Sequence record: NC_028927.1
Strand: one strand, 5' to 3'
Origin: Escherichia phage slur02
Length of the DNA stretch: 64,000 nucleotides
In this document: positions 9,092 through 18,642 of the stretch, in pieces
Layout of the letters: every line of letters starts with the position of its first letter
How positions within the stretch are numbered: position 1 is the stretch's first letter
Program-made: the position numbers and the translations under genes
Notes under the pieces: model-generated
What the model saw: the letters and a program-made list of their open reading frames with translations, nothing else
The model's database searches: none
What the model was told of the DNA's origin: nothing

Positions 9092-10905
9092 TGGTGTTTA
9101 ACCCTATGCATGATTTCTTTATTTTTACCGAGATTAAATCCGCGTTCGTTCGGATTTCCCAAATAACCACATGTTCTTCTTATTGTGTTCATCTTTTTAG
9201 GATCAGTTTCTCCACAGATAGAACAAACAAATCCGTTTTCAGTAGGAGTCATTTCATGGGTACTTCCGCATGTAAAACATTTATCTACTGGCATATTAAC
9301 ACCAAAATAATCTAAATGTTGTGCAGCATAATCCCAGACGGCCTCAAGCCCCTTTAAATTGTTTTTCATATCAGGAAGTTCAACATAAGAAATGTGACCA
9401 CCTGTCGCAATGAAATGATATGGCGCTTCACGAGAAATCTTTTCAAACGGAGTAATATTTTCTTCTACTGAAACATGGAAACTGTTAGTGTACCAGCCTT
9501 TATCGGTAACATCCTTTACATTTCCGTATTTTTCTGTATCGAGTTTACAGAAGCGATAACAAAGGTTTTCAGCAGGAGTAGAATATAAACTAAAAGCAAA
9601 TCCGGTTCTTTCAGTCCACTGTTTAAGATGAGCATTCATTTTAGTTAAAATTTCTCGTCCAATATCACGACCGACAAGAATATTCAATTCGTGAATACCA
9701 ATGTATCCTAAAGACACTGAACTTCTACCGTTTTTAAATAACTCAATTATGTCGTCATCAGGTTTAAGACGAACCCCGAATGCACCTTCTTGGTAAAGAA
9801 TAGGAGCAACAGTTGCTTTAACTCCTTTTAAGGAACTAATTCTACACATCAAAGCTTCAAAACATAAATCCATTCGTTCATTGAACAATTCGATAAATTT
9901 CTGTTCATTGAACTGTGTTCCAATATAAGAATCTAATGCGATACGAGGAAGATTCAGTGTTACAACACCGAGATTATTACGTCCATCAAGAATTTCATTG
10001 CCAGTCGAATCTTTCCATACGCCCAAGAAACTACGGCAACCCATTGGAGAAACAGGAACAGATGAACCAGTGATAGCTTTATTATTCTTAGCTGAAATAA
10101 TATCAGGATACATCCTTTTGCTTGCGCACTCTAGAGCAAGTTGCTTAATGTCGTAATTCGGATCGTCTTTATAAAGATTAACGCCTTCTTCAACGAACAT
10201 AACAAGCTTAGGGAAAATAGGAGTTATTCCATCACGACCAAGACCTTTAATACGATTTTTCAGAATTGCTTTCTGAATCATTCGTTCAGTCCAGTCAGTT
10301 CCCGTACCAAATGTAATTGTTACAAAAGGAGTTTGTCCGTTTGAACTAAAGAGAGTATTTACTTCATATTCATAAGCTTGGAATGCATCGTATACGTCTT
10401 TTTCTGTTTTAGATTGAGCATAATTCAGTGCATCGGCGATTTGCCATTTTTCTGCATCCTCAATATGTTTTGCATAGGTGCGTTTAACATAAGGAGAAAG
10501 TACTTTATCTACATTCGCAAAAGTCGTTCCGCCGTATTGGTGAGAAGCAACCTGTGCAGTAATTTGTGCCATAATTGCAGTAGCAACTCCAATTGATTTA
10601 GGAGTTTCAATCTGTGCATTACCAAGCTTAAATCCGTTCTCAAGCATTCCTTTTAAATCTACTAAACAGCAATTAGTAAATGGAAGAGCAGGGGAATAAT
10701 CAATATCATGGAAATGAATAATTCCGCTTTCATGCGCTTTCATAATAAAAGACGGGACCATATTTTTGGCAATGTGTTTAGACACAATACCAGCCATAAG
10801 GTCCCGTTGAGTTGGAAAAACACGAGAATCTTTATTAGCATTCTCGTTTAAAAGGTCTTTATTAGTTTTATGAATCAATCCTTCAATTTCTTTTTCAATT
10901 GTCAT
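9088..10905 (-). CDS. nrdD: Anaerobic ribonucleoside-triphosphate reductase
   Basis: 605 aa uninterrupted; C-terminal glycyl-radical motif RTCGYLG and Cys-rich zinc site CFTCGS...CSICG. Confidence 0.92.
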   Translation of the reverse strand: MTIEKEIEGLIHKTNKDLLNENANKDSRVFPTQRDLMAGIVSKHIAKNMVPSFIMKAHESGIIHFHDIDYSPALPFTNCCLVDLKGMLENGFKLGNAQIETPKSIGVATAIMAQITAQVASHQYGGTTFANVDKVLSPYVKRTYAKHIEDAEKWQIADALNYAQSKTEKDVYDAFQAYEYEVNTLFSSNGQTPFVTITFGTGTDWTERMIQKAILKNRIKGLGRDGITPIFPKLVMFVEEGVNLYKDDPNYDIKQLALECASKRMYPDIISAKNNKAITGSSVPVSPMGCRSFLGVWKDSTGNEILDGRNNLGVVTLNLPRIALDSYIGTQFNEQKFIELFNERMDLCFEALMCRISSLKGVKATVAPILYQEGAFGVRLKPDDDIIELFKNGRSSVSLGYIGIHELNILVGRDIGREILTKMNAHLKQWTERTGFAFSLYSTPAENLCYRFCKLDTEKYGNVKDVTDKGWYTNSFHVSVEENITPFEKISREAPYHFIATGGHISYVELPDMKNNLKGLEAVWDYAAQHLDYFGVNMPVDKCFTCGSTHEMTPTENGFVCSICGETDPKKMNTIRRTCGYLGNPNERGFNLGKNKEIMHRVKHQ

Positions 10906-11375
10906 TTTAAACTCTTTCTAAGCTGCTTCTTAAATGAAGCTATTAACTGTGTTTTAGTGTCAGATTCATTATATTCAAATCCTCTTTGAAGCATCTCGGC
11001 CATCATTTCCTCTTTTCCTAAACGAGAAAATTCCTTTGATTTATCTCCAACAAAGTTAGGGTGAATATTATTTTGGGTGTAATCGGATTTTAAATAAGTA
11101 AGTAAATTTTCTAACCATTCAAGATAATCAACACCCTGTCCCTTTAAGCCAGAACGATTAAATTTATGCTTCATTTGACCTTCTGCGGCATTGCAGAGAT
11201 TACAAAGCAATCCACGTACTTTTCCTGCTTTTGGTCCATTTAATTCATGGTCATGGTCAAGGTGATTAGCTTGAACATCAGGATTTAGTTCTCGTTGGCA
11301 AATTAAGCATTTACCATTTTGTGCATCATAAAATTTCTGTTTTTCTTCTTTATATAATTTGCCAGTCAATAACAT
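10902..11375 (-). CDS. 49: Endonuclease VII (Holliday junction resolvase)
   Basis: 157 aa; HLDHDHELNGPKAGKVRGLLCNLCN core as recalled for T4 gp49. Confidence 0.9.
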   Translation of the reverse strand: MLLTGKLYKEEKQKFYDAQNGKCLICQRELNPDVQANHLDHDHELNGPKAGKVRGLLCNLCNAAEGQMKHKFNRSGLKGQGVDYLEWLENLLTYLKSDYTQNNIHPNFVGDKSKEFSRLGKEEMMAEMLQRGFEYNESDTKTQLIASFKKQLRKSLK

Positions 11376-11416
11376 AATAAACCCTTACCTTAAATAGATA
11401 AGGGTATTTATTATTT

Positions 11417-11920
11417 TCAAGTATTGTAAAACATTTGATTCAATCGCTTATATTGCCGAATCTTTTGGTCAGAAAAAGAAATTTGGGTTTCAAGCCATTC
11501 AATATATTCTGCCGCAGCTTGCATTAAATTTCCTTCATAGCCATCGTTATTTTCTTGTGCAGCTAATTTAGCTAATGCGTATGAAATACGTTCACCTTGA
11601 AAATCGGCTTTAGACTTCTGAACAGCTTGATTAGTTCGCTCTACAACTTCTTCAATTTCGCCATTTTCGACTGATTCAGTATTCCACAAGCACCAATACG
11701 TAATTGGCTTATCATAGATGTTAATAATCTTTCCATCAGAAAGTTCAATTTCAATAATTCCAGTATCAGGTTCTATATCATCTTCACATTCTTTTGCAAG
11801 TTCACGAACTTTAAAGACAGTACCTGCACTAAGTTCCGGCCAGTAATTACATAGCCCTGTATCAGCACGATTAATTCTAAACCACTTATCTACTGTAATC
11901 ATGTCCCATCTCCATATCAA
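11417..11920 (-). CDS. Hypothetical protein
   Basis: ORF track 167 aa. Confidence 0.55.
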   Translation of the reverse strand: MIWRWDMITVDKWFRINRADTGLCNYWPELSAGTVFKVRELAKECEDDIEPDTGIIEIELSDGKIINIYDKPITYWCLWNTESVENGEIEEVVERTNQAVQKSKADFQGERISYALAKLAAQENNDGYEGNLMQAAAEYIEWLETQISFSDQKIRQYKRLNQMFYNT

Positions 11921-12024
11921 TTAAGTCATTTATCGTTGGTTCATTATACACCGTTTCTTCATCAGTGTAAACCGGTTCTTCCGGCTCTGGCTCTACAGTT
12001 TCCCATCTAGCCGCCCACCAAGGT

Positions 12025-12234
12025 TTAACCCCGAAGCTTATTAAGTTCTTCATAATCAATCCAGGATTCTAATCCTGATGGCAAATCAGATTCAATTTCC
12101 CAAAGAAGTTCTTCAATTTTCTGAAGACGATCTAGTTCTTCGGCTGGAATAGTAACCATTGACGGAGCTCGTGATACACTAATATCGTAAATCATATTTA
12201 CCCCAGTTTGACCATGCAATCGCCGTATTTCCAC
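12025..12234 (-). CDS. Hypothetical small protein
   Basis: ORF track 69 aa. Confidence 0.4.
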   Translation of the reverse strand: MEIRRLHGQTGVNMIYDISVSRAPSMVTIPAEELDRLQKIEELLWEIESDLPSGLESWIDYEELNKLRG

Positions 12235-12413
12235 TTAGAAATAGACTTTTCACCGTTAGAATAATAAACTTCGAGTTTAGCACGATTATTTTTAATTTGA
12301 ATAACCTTGGCTGTCATCAAAGTTCCATACCCATAGTAAACTGCAACTTCATCACCTACATATACCGCGCTTCCGCGGTAATCGTGAATATAGTCAGTTC
12401 CTTCGAGCATCAT
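12198..12413 (-). CDS. Hypothetical small protein
   Basis: ORF track 71 aa. Confidence 0.4.
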   Translation of the reverse strand: MMLEGTDYIHDYRGSAVYVGDEVAVYYGYGTLMTAKVIQIKNNRAKLEVYYSNGEKSISKWKYGDCMVKLG

Positions 12414-12673
12414 TTAAAATATTCTCGCAGTTGGTCAAATCCACCAATATGACTTCCATCAGGAGCAAATACCTGAGGCATTGTCAAGCCGATTTGAGTA
12501 TCACGACCTAGTTTCGTTAGAAGCTCAGCGATTTTCTCATCATCAAAAACACCTTTTTCCGGCATAATGTTGATAAATTCAAACGGCTGTTTCTTCACGG
12601 TCAAAAGACGTTTTGCATTATCGCAATACACACATTTGTGGATGTTGCTATCATAACCATATACTTTAAACAT
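12410..12673 (-). CDS. nrdC: Thioredoxin/glutaredoxin
   Basis: 87 aa; CVYC active site near N-terminus. Confidence 0.8.
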   Translation of the reverse strand: MFKVYGYDSNIHKCVYCDNAKRLLTVKKQPFEFINIMPEKGVFDDEKIAELLTKLGRDTQIGLTMPQVFAPDGSHIGGFDQLREYFK

Positions 12674-12674
12674 A

Positions 12675-12917
12675 TTATTCCTTAATTCCTAGTACTTGTT
12701 TAAAAGTCTCGTCGTAATCAAGACTTTGGCCCGTTTGTTCTTTATGTTTGTATATAATATCACTTACTTCTGATAGCATATTTTTATATGAACGAGTTAA
12801 AGCAGATTTAAGCACACTGTATCTATCAGGAAATTTACCATGTTCATTATAATAAGCTATTGCTAATTCACGGACTGCCTTTTCAGCAGCCTCCATATAT
12901 TCTTTACGCTTGGTCAT
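12675..12917 (-). CDS. Hypothetical protein
   Basis: ORF track ORF trimmed to internal Met ([13 protein letters not shown]...), which gives a TAATG-type junction. Confidence 0.4.
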   Translation of the reverse strand: MTKRKEYMEAAEKAVRELAIAYYNEHGKFPDRYSVLKSALTRSYKNMLSEVSDIIYKHKEQTGQSLDYDETFKQVLGIKE

Positions 12918-13221
12918 TTTCTTCTCGGTCAAATCGGTGTTTACAATGGCGGCATTTATAACGAAGATTACTAGTCTGCCAATGGACCAATTGCACCTGT
13001 TCAGTTCCACATTCAGGGCAATTAGGAACGTTTTTAGAAGCCCTTTCGCGACGTTTAACCATAGCCATAATGGCATCCCATGCTGGAGGTTTAAAATCTA
13101 AATCGTCACAACCATGAATCTTTCCACGCATTTCCATATCATCTTCCTCACCAGCCATAATAATTTTAATTAAACTGGAATTACTTGAAGCTGCAATGTC
13201 TTCTAATAGACGCTTTTTCAT
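12904..13221 (-). CDS. Hypothetical zinc-ribbon protein
   Basis: 105 aa; CPECG...CRHCKH four-Cys motif. Confidence 0.5.
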   Translation of the reverse strand: MKKRLLEDIAASSNSSLIKIIMAGEEDDMEMRGKIHGCDDLDFKPPAWDAIMAMVKRRERASKNVPNCPECGTEQVQLVHWQTSNLRYKCRHCKHRFDREENDQA

Positions 13222-14147
13222 TTCAATACCTCAATAGCATTACGTAAACCATTTGCTTTTGCATTAAGAGCTTTTAACAATTTGGTGTGTTCTGCAATTT
13301 GGGCTTCAACTTCAATCAAACGAGCATTGAGATATTCGCGTTCTTCACTCAGATTATCAACCTTTTCTACTTTAGGCTCTTTTACAACTGTCTTATATGT
13401 ATTAGGGTTCTTCAGTTTAATTAGAATGCGTGAACTGTATAACATTGAACCATTATCTTCGGTTTCGTCATACATTTCTACTACATCCATAATTTTTAAC
13501 ATCATGCGGAGTTTATAAGACAACGAACGAATAGTTTTGTTGTGCTTATTAATTTCTTTAGCTGTCATGGTGCCGAGATTACGTGAGTAATAATAAGGAA
13601 CCTGGATATTAATTAATACTGATGAACCACCTGGCTTGTGTGTTACTTCATCAGCAATAACCCAATCCTTAACATGAACTGTATTTGTACGGTCATCGCC
13701 CGCGGTAAATAGTTTGCGAGCATGCTTAAAAAGCATATTCACTTGGTCATTGAATTGACAAGCAAATTTATCAGCAAATTTAGTTTCAGGAATGGTAGAT
13801 AACCAATCAGCCAAATGGGTCTTTTTAACATCGTTAACAATAGTAAATTCAACCAAATCAGTTATAGATGTCTCAGATTTAATAAAGCTCGGCTTCATAA
13901 AGTTTTTAATGTTATCGCGAGCTACAGTAGAAGATAACATACGAGAACGTTTAAACCATTGAAGCAAATTGCCCAACGAATGAGAATAAGCGTTTTGAGT
14001 ATCTTTACAGATATGATTTTCCTGGCCAACATATTGAAGGAAATCACGAAGAATATTATTGATTACTGCTCTGTGTCCGATCTGATAATTACGGTGTTTA
14101 GTAATAAGACTGTCAAAATAATCAATATAATGTTTACGAGTTTTCAT
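13218..14147 (-). CDS. Hypothetical protein with C-terminal coiled coil
   Basis: 309 aa; C-terminal heptad-like segment [42 protein letters not shown]. Confidence 0.6.
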   Translation of the reverse strand: MKTRKHYIDYFDSLITKHRNYQIGHRAVINNILRDFLQYVGQENHICKDTQNAYSHSLGNLLQWFKRSRMLSSTVARDNIKNFMKPSFIKSETSITDLVEFTIVNDVKKTHLADWLSTIPETKFADKFACQFNDQVNMLFKHARKLFTAGDDRTNTVHVKDWVIADEVTHKPGGSSVLINIQVPYYYSRNLGTMTAKEINKHNKTIRSLSYKLRMMLKIMDVVEMYDETEDNGSMLYSSRILIKLKNPNTYKTVVKEPKVEKVDNLSEEREYLNARLIEVEAQIAEHTKLLKALNAKANGLRNAIEVLK

Positions 14148-14199
14148 ATTCTTCTCACTTGGTTAATGATTTATACTCCGAGCCATCCTTGGCTTTAAA

Positions 14200-15201
14200 T
14201 TACTTAATTAACTGTAAAGCTTGTTCAAGACGATCAAGACGATTAACGGATTCTTCCCAAATCTTTTTAGCCTGCTCATATTCTTTCTGCGCTTTATTAG
14301 AAATTTCTAGAACTTCTTTATAAGCTTTTTCTAGTGCAATAACTTCTGGACGAATTTCTACCGGTTCAGGAGAATCATCAAGATTATCCATTAGTTCCTC
14401 AAGGGTAGTTTCTTCTTTAGGAGTATTCACAATTTCATCACATTTTTGTTGGTAAATTTCTTTATCAGTCGGTGAGTACGCACACTTTACTTCACGAAGA
14501 CTAACTACAATTTTATATCCTTCCCAACCGCATATATTCTTAAAAGGATATGTATGAATATTTTCTACTGTTTCCATACAAAGTAATGCGGTCTCTAATT
14601 GACGAGTTATAGTGCTAGCAATTGAGAAAAATTTATTAATGTTCTTTTGGTTAGTTTCTGGTGTAAAAAATCCATAATTCACAAAAATAGCTACTTTATT
14701 TTTATCAAGTTCATATTCTTTTATGATAATCATATCAGAAGCCAAAGGATGAATTTGACGATAATCACCATAACATAATTTAGAAGCTGATTTTAGAATT
14801 TGCTTCTTAAAAAGTCTGAAATTACTAATCCAACGACGAGTAAAAATATTCTCAGGGTCTTCTTTATTATTAAGATGATAAGAATTAACATCACCGAACC
14901 AATTATATCCTACTACATCTTTGGTTCGTTTAATTTCTTTCCCAAAATTACCAAGAATATCCCGATTAACCAAATATGAAAGAAGACGAGACTCTTTAAA
15001 GGTTTTCTTGATAACATCTTTATCTACACGGCTAGAAATTTTACGAATTTCATGAATAAATTTAGTAGAAGAAACAATACTTGCATCAACACTATTGAGC
15101 CATTGATTGATAATAGAAAGAACGATATTTTGACCAAACATCGGTATAGCTTTATCATCAATAACGCTATTGAATGATTTGATATATTCGTTACGAGTCA
15201 T
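14200..15201 (-). CDS. Hypothetical protein with C-terminal coiled coil
   Basis: Start moved to Met 11 because the track start lies inside the promoter -10 at 15230-15235; GAGGAG RBS. Confidence 0.6.
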   Translation of the reverse strand: MTRNEYIKSFNSVIDDKAIPMFGQNIVLSIINQWLNSVDASIVSSTKFIHEIRKISSRVDKDVIKKTFKESRLLSYLVNRDILGNFGKEIKRTKDVVGYNWFGDVNSYHLNNKEDPENIFTRRWISNFRLFKKQILKSASKLCYGDYRQIHPLASDMIIIKEYELDKNKVAIFVNYGFFTPETNQKNINKFFSIASTITRQLETALLCMETVENIHTYPFKNICGWEGYKIVVSLREVKCAYSPTDKEIYQQKCDEIVNTPKEETTLEELMDNLDDSPEPVEIRPEVIALEKAYKEVLEISNKAQKEYEQAKKIWEESVNRLDRLEQALQLIK

Positions 15202-15229
15202 ATTAATCTCCTCATTAGAAAGTAAGAAC

Positions 15230-15258
15230 ATTATACCACATCTTTGTGGCGAAGTAAA
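15230..15258 (-). promoter_or_regulatory. Early (sigma70-type) promoter
   Basis: Minus strand TTTACT-17-TATAAT. Confidence 0.6.
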
Positions 15259-16284
15259 CTAGTTTAGTGCATTTAGTGCATTGTTCAGTTTAGAACGTTG
15301 CTTTGTCAGATTTTGAACCCTTGACTGAGCTTGTTCTAACACCTTTTCAGCTTCTAGCACTTCATTGGTCGCTTTAACGAGTTCATCATCTACTGCCTTA
15401 AGAGACTTCTCAATCGCGTCAGCGTGCCATTTTTCTACAGGTTTAAGACTCGGATTTTCAACAGGAAGAAAATTCACTTTATTGAATTTCCATGCATCAT
15501 TATTACCTGAACTATACATCCAAAATTTAGAATCGTTTGATGAGTAATTGGATAAATTTAAATTTAAGTTATCTTGCACTTCTTGCTTTTTCTCTTGCGG
15601 GACTTCGTCCTTTCTCAAAAAATCGTATTTAAATGAAACGATCATATCAAGTTCATATGTTGTCGTATCTAACTTAAATCGTTCAAAACGAGGTAAAATC
15701 TTAGATTGAACAGCAGCAACAACATCCATATACTTAAATGCTTCTGTCAACTGTGATTTAAGGCATTCACAAATTGAAAGAGAATTTTTTGTATTAGGTT
15801 TAAAGCTAATTCGTGCAGTTCTATTATTTTCTTTTAACGGTCTTACTTCCATCTGAAGAGTATAACCATCAAATTTCAGATTCTTTAAGTTAATATCAGA
15901 ACCTTTTAATCGACTAGCCGTAGACAAAATTTGCTTTAATTGTTTACGGAATAGAGCAATAAATCTCCATTCAAGACGATAATGATTTGGATTAAAAAAT
16001 CCTGTTGATAAATCAACCTTACTCTGACCAACGCCTTGAACAAATAGAGGATTTTTATAATCAATAGTTTTACAGAAATCGGTGAGCTGCTCACGAGCAG
16101 TCATTTGTGTAATATATCCCGCTTTACTAAAATGACGTAACCATTCACTGCTATTCATATATTTAAAGTGAATGGAACTATTAACTCTATCAGGGTCTAA
16201 ATTATTTTGGCACAAAAATGTCATAACATTACGGGTATAGCTAGCATTACGAACCATATCTTCAATTTGAGAACGAGTTTTCAT
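15259..16284 (-). CDS. Hypothetical protein with C-terminal coiled coil
   Basis: 341 aa; starts MKTR like 13218-14147; coiled-coil tail. Confidence 0.6.
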   Translation of the reverse strand: MKTRSQIEDMVRNASYTRNVMTFLCQNNLDPDRVNSSIHFKYMNSSEWLRHFSKAGYITQMTAREQLTDFCKTIDYKNPLFVQGVGQSKVDLSTGFFNPNHYRLEWRFIALFRKQLKQILSTASRLKGSDINLKNLKFDGYTLQMEVRPLKENNRTARISFKPNTKNSLSICECLKSQLTEAFKYMDVVAAVQSKILPRFERFKLDTTTYELDMIVSFKYDFLRKDEVPQEKKQEVQDNLNLNLSNYSSNDSKFWMYSSGNNDAWKFNKVNFLPVENPSLKPVEKWHADAIEKSLKAVDDELVKATNEVLEAEKVLEQAQSRVQNLTKQRSKLNNALNALN

Positions 16285-16292
16285 GGTGTTCC

Positions 16293-17201
16293 TTAAGATT
16301 TAAGTAAATCAACAATTTTAATTAATTTTTCACGCTCAGATTTAGCTTTACTACTCAGTCCAGATAGTCTGAAAATTTCATCGTCATATTGTTGAATAGA
16401 AATATTCAGCTCTTCAATCTGCTTATTAAAATAATCAATTTGTTCAGAATGTTTTTCGTTACTACGAACTGGTACAGGTTTTGTAGGCAATTTAGTTGAA
16501 CTGGATTCATCCGGGCGATAAATTAAAATACAACTTGAACCAATAGGGCATTTAGCACCAGATGAATATTCTAATGTTCCGGCTTCTTTTAAAACTTCAA
16601 AAGCTAAACAGAGATGATGCCCCATATTAACATAATCTGTAGAGTGAGCTCTGATATAATAATCATCGCCGCGAATACTAAATTTAAAGCATTTAAGGTC
16701 TTCTGTATTATTGGTCTTAAAAATCATTTGTTTATCTAGACCTTTAGCTAATCGAGCGCCTAATGCTAATAATCGTCGTTGATTTTCCCACAAATCCGTA
16801 ATCATTTGATCGAATGATAATTTAGGCATTAGTCGACCATAAAGGTCATATCCTTTATTATAATTGCGAAGGATTTCACTCGCATTAATACGAGACAACG
16901 CTCCAATTTTATTAAGGGCTTTCATGATGCGATCAGATAAACTCATTCCAGACCCGTTTGTTCGCTGTAAATGTTTATCTAATCCAAACCCAATATCAAC
17001 TTTAAACTTATCTAAAATTTCTGCATGAACATCTCTGTCAATAACATTCAAATCCAAAGTTGGGTTAAATCTATGAAAAAATTTATCTGGCTCTCCACGA
17101 CGAAGTACAGTCCATTCATTCAATTTTTTATTAACTAAAGATTTAATTACTGCATTGACATTATTAATTACTACTGACATATTTTCCTCACTCAATTTCA
17201 A
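16293..17201 (-). CDS. Hypothetical protein with C-terminal coiled coil
   Basis: 302 aa; coiled-coil tail. Confidence 0.6.
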   Translation of the reverse strand: MKLSEENMSVVINNVNAVIKSLVNKKLNEWTVLRRGEPDKFFHRFNPTLDLNVIDRDVHAEILDKFKVDIGFGLDKHLQRTNGSGMSLSDRIMKALNKIGALSRINASEILRNYNKGYDLYGRLMPKLSFDQMITDLWENQRRLLALGARLAKGLDKQMIFKTNNTEDLKCFKFSIRGDDYYIRAHSTDYVNMGHHLCLAFEVLKEAGTLEYSSGAKCPIGSSCILIYRPDESSSTKLPTKPVPVRSNEKHSEQIDYFNKQIEELNISIQQYDDEIFRLSGLSSKAKSEREKLIKIVDLLKS

Positions 17202-17595
17202 TTTTACTAAATACGCAGAATATGATGGAAAAGACTATATAAGCACCGCATACAGATTGAACTAATACCATTCCAAAGAACCAAACAATATTATCAAACA
17301 ATGTCTGTTTTACGTCGAAAGGACGTAAACTTACAGTAATATTATCGCCTTTTTCTATTGATGAATACATCTCTGGGGAAATATATTCACTAAATCTATA
17401 ACCGTCTTTGAGTTCATATACGGCAATAAACGATAAACTAGACCCCTTTCCTTGAGTTCCTGTAAGGGTATTAACTACAGTAACATCATAATCTTTATAA
17501 TGCATATAATCATTAATTGCGTAATAACCATATGCAATTACTATACATAAACAACATATCAATAAATTCAATCTTTTAATTATCAACTGTTTCAT
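17188..17595 (-). CDS. Hypothetical membrane protein
   Basis: 135 aa; hydrophobic segments at both ends. Confidence 0.5.
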   Translation of the reverse strand: MKQLIIKRLNLLICCLCIVIAYGYYAINDYMHYKDYDVTVVNTLTGTQGKGSSLSFIAVYELKDGYRFSEYISPEMYSSIEKGDNITVSLRPFDVKQTLFDNIVWFFGMVLVQSVCGAYIVFSIIFCVFSKIEIE

Positions 17596-17624
17596 AATAA
17601 TCTCAATTAAAAGGGCTTAGAACC

Positions 17625-17649
17625 ATTATACCATCCTTGGTATAAAGCG
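17625..17649 (-). promoter_or_regulatory. Possible MotA-type middle promoter
   Basis: Minus strand CCGCTTTA (MotA-box-like) then 12 nt then TATAAT. Confidence 0.4.
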
Positions 17650-17650
17650 G

Positions 17651-18178
17651 TTATGCGAGTACCGTCTTTAACCGTTCTTCAAACTTCCGAAGAGTATTCT
17701 GGCGTTCAGCTCTTTGCTTTTTGTAAGTTTCAATACGCTCTGAAATGAGAGTGTATCGTTCATTTACTGATTCTTTCATAAAATCAGGAATTTCACGAGA
17801 AGCTTTAATCTCGTCAAATTTATCAATAACAGCTTGCTCTTCAGCAATTAAGTTATCATACATCAAAATATCTTTCTTGATGAACTCAATATCTTCTTGA
17901 GTTACACGAGATAATTTAGATGCTTTATCCTTTTTGTACTGTTCGTTAGTATCACGAGACCAGTGTAATGTACGATTTTTATTCGTATTTTTGTAAATTT
18001 CTACAATACCAATCTCATCAATAATAACGATCCAATTCCAACGAGATTTGTAAATTTGCCCTCCATCAACTGTGATTTCACCTCCGATTGAGATGTCATT
18101 AAAGAACTTGCTTTGTGCTTCTGATTTAAATTTACCATCATTGTAATTTACCAGGTTGAAAATATCTTTAGCGTTCAT
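17651..18178 (-). CDS. Hypothetical protein
   Basis: 175 aa; GGAGG RBS; early promoter at 18207-18235. Confidence 0.55.
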   Translation of the reverse strand: MNAKDIFNLVNYNDGKFKSEAQSKFFNDISIGGEITVDGGQIYKSRWNWIVIIDEIGIVEIYKNTNKNRTLHWSRDTNEQYKKDKASKLSRVTQEDIEFIKKDILMYDNLIAEEQAVIDKFDEIKASREIPDFMKESVNERYTLISERIETYKKQRAERQNTLRKFEERLKTVLA

Positions 18179-18206
18179 TTTCTGTTCCTCCGTAGTTGAT
18201 AGTTGT

Positions 18207-18235
18207 ATAGTACCACAGAGGAACAGTCTTGTAAA
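18207..18235 (-). promoter_or_regulatory. Early promoter with conserved leader
   Basis: Minus strand GTTTACA-17-TACTAT then ACAACTATCAAC. Confidence 0.6.
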
Positions 18236-18238
18236 CCA

Positions 18239-18553
18239 CTAAAAGAAACTTCTTTCACAATTTTTTCCACTGAACCACGCGCTCACTGCTTTCTTAGTCT
18301 CAGGAGCAGTGTTATCCATAAACCATTCAAAGGCAGCCTTTTTATGATTCTGGAGGGCTTCTCGGGCTTTAATCTGCTCACGGTCTATTAACACTAACAT
18401 ATGAGCCTTTCTTGTCACCAAGGGCTTCTTATGATTTTTTGAATACTCCCAGTCATTTGTCCATCGCATTGTCGTTGCGAATTGAAATACAGCTTCTTTA
18501 ATTTTAGTTTCGTAAATTTCACGAGCCTTTGAGTATAACATCATTACCTCCAT
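18239..18553 (-). CDS. Hypothetical protein
   Basis: ORF track 104 aa. Confidence 0.5.
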   Translation of the reverse strand: MEVMMLYSKAREIYETKIKEAVFQFATTMRWTNDWEYSKNHKKPLVTRKAHMLVLIDREQIKAREALQNHKKAAFEWFMDNTAPETKKAVSAWFSGKNCERSFF

Positions 18554-18642
18554 TTACCAGTTTAATTCTAGTCATCTTTTTGATGGCAGTCCATATAATC
18601 TATTTCTGAACTGCCTTTTTATCTTAGAAGTCCTCTTATGAA

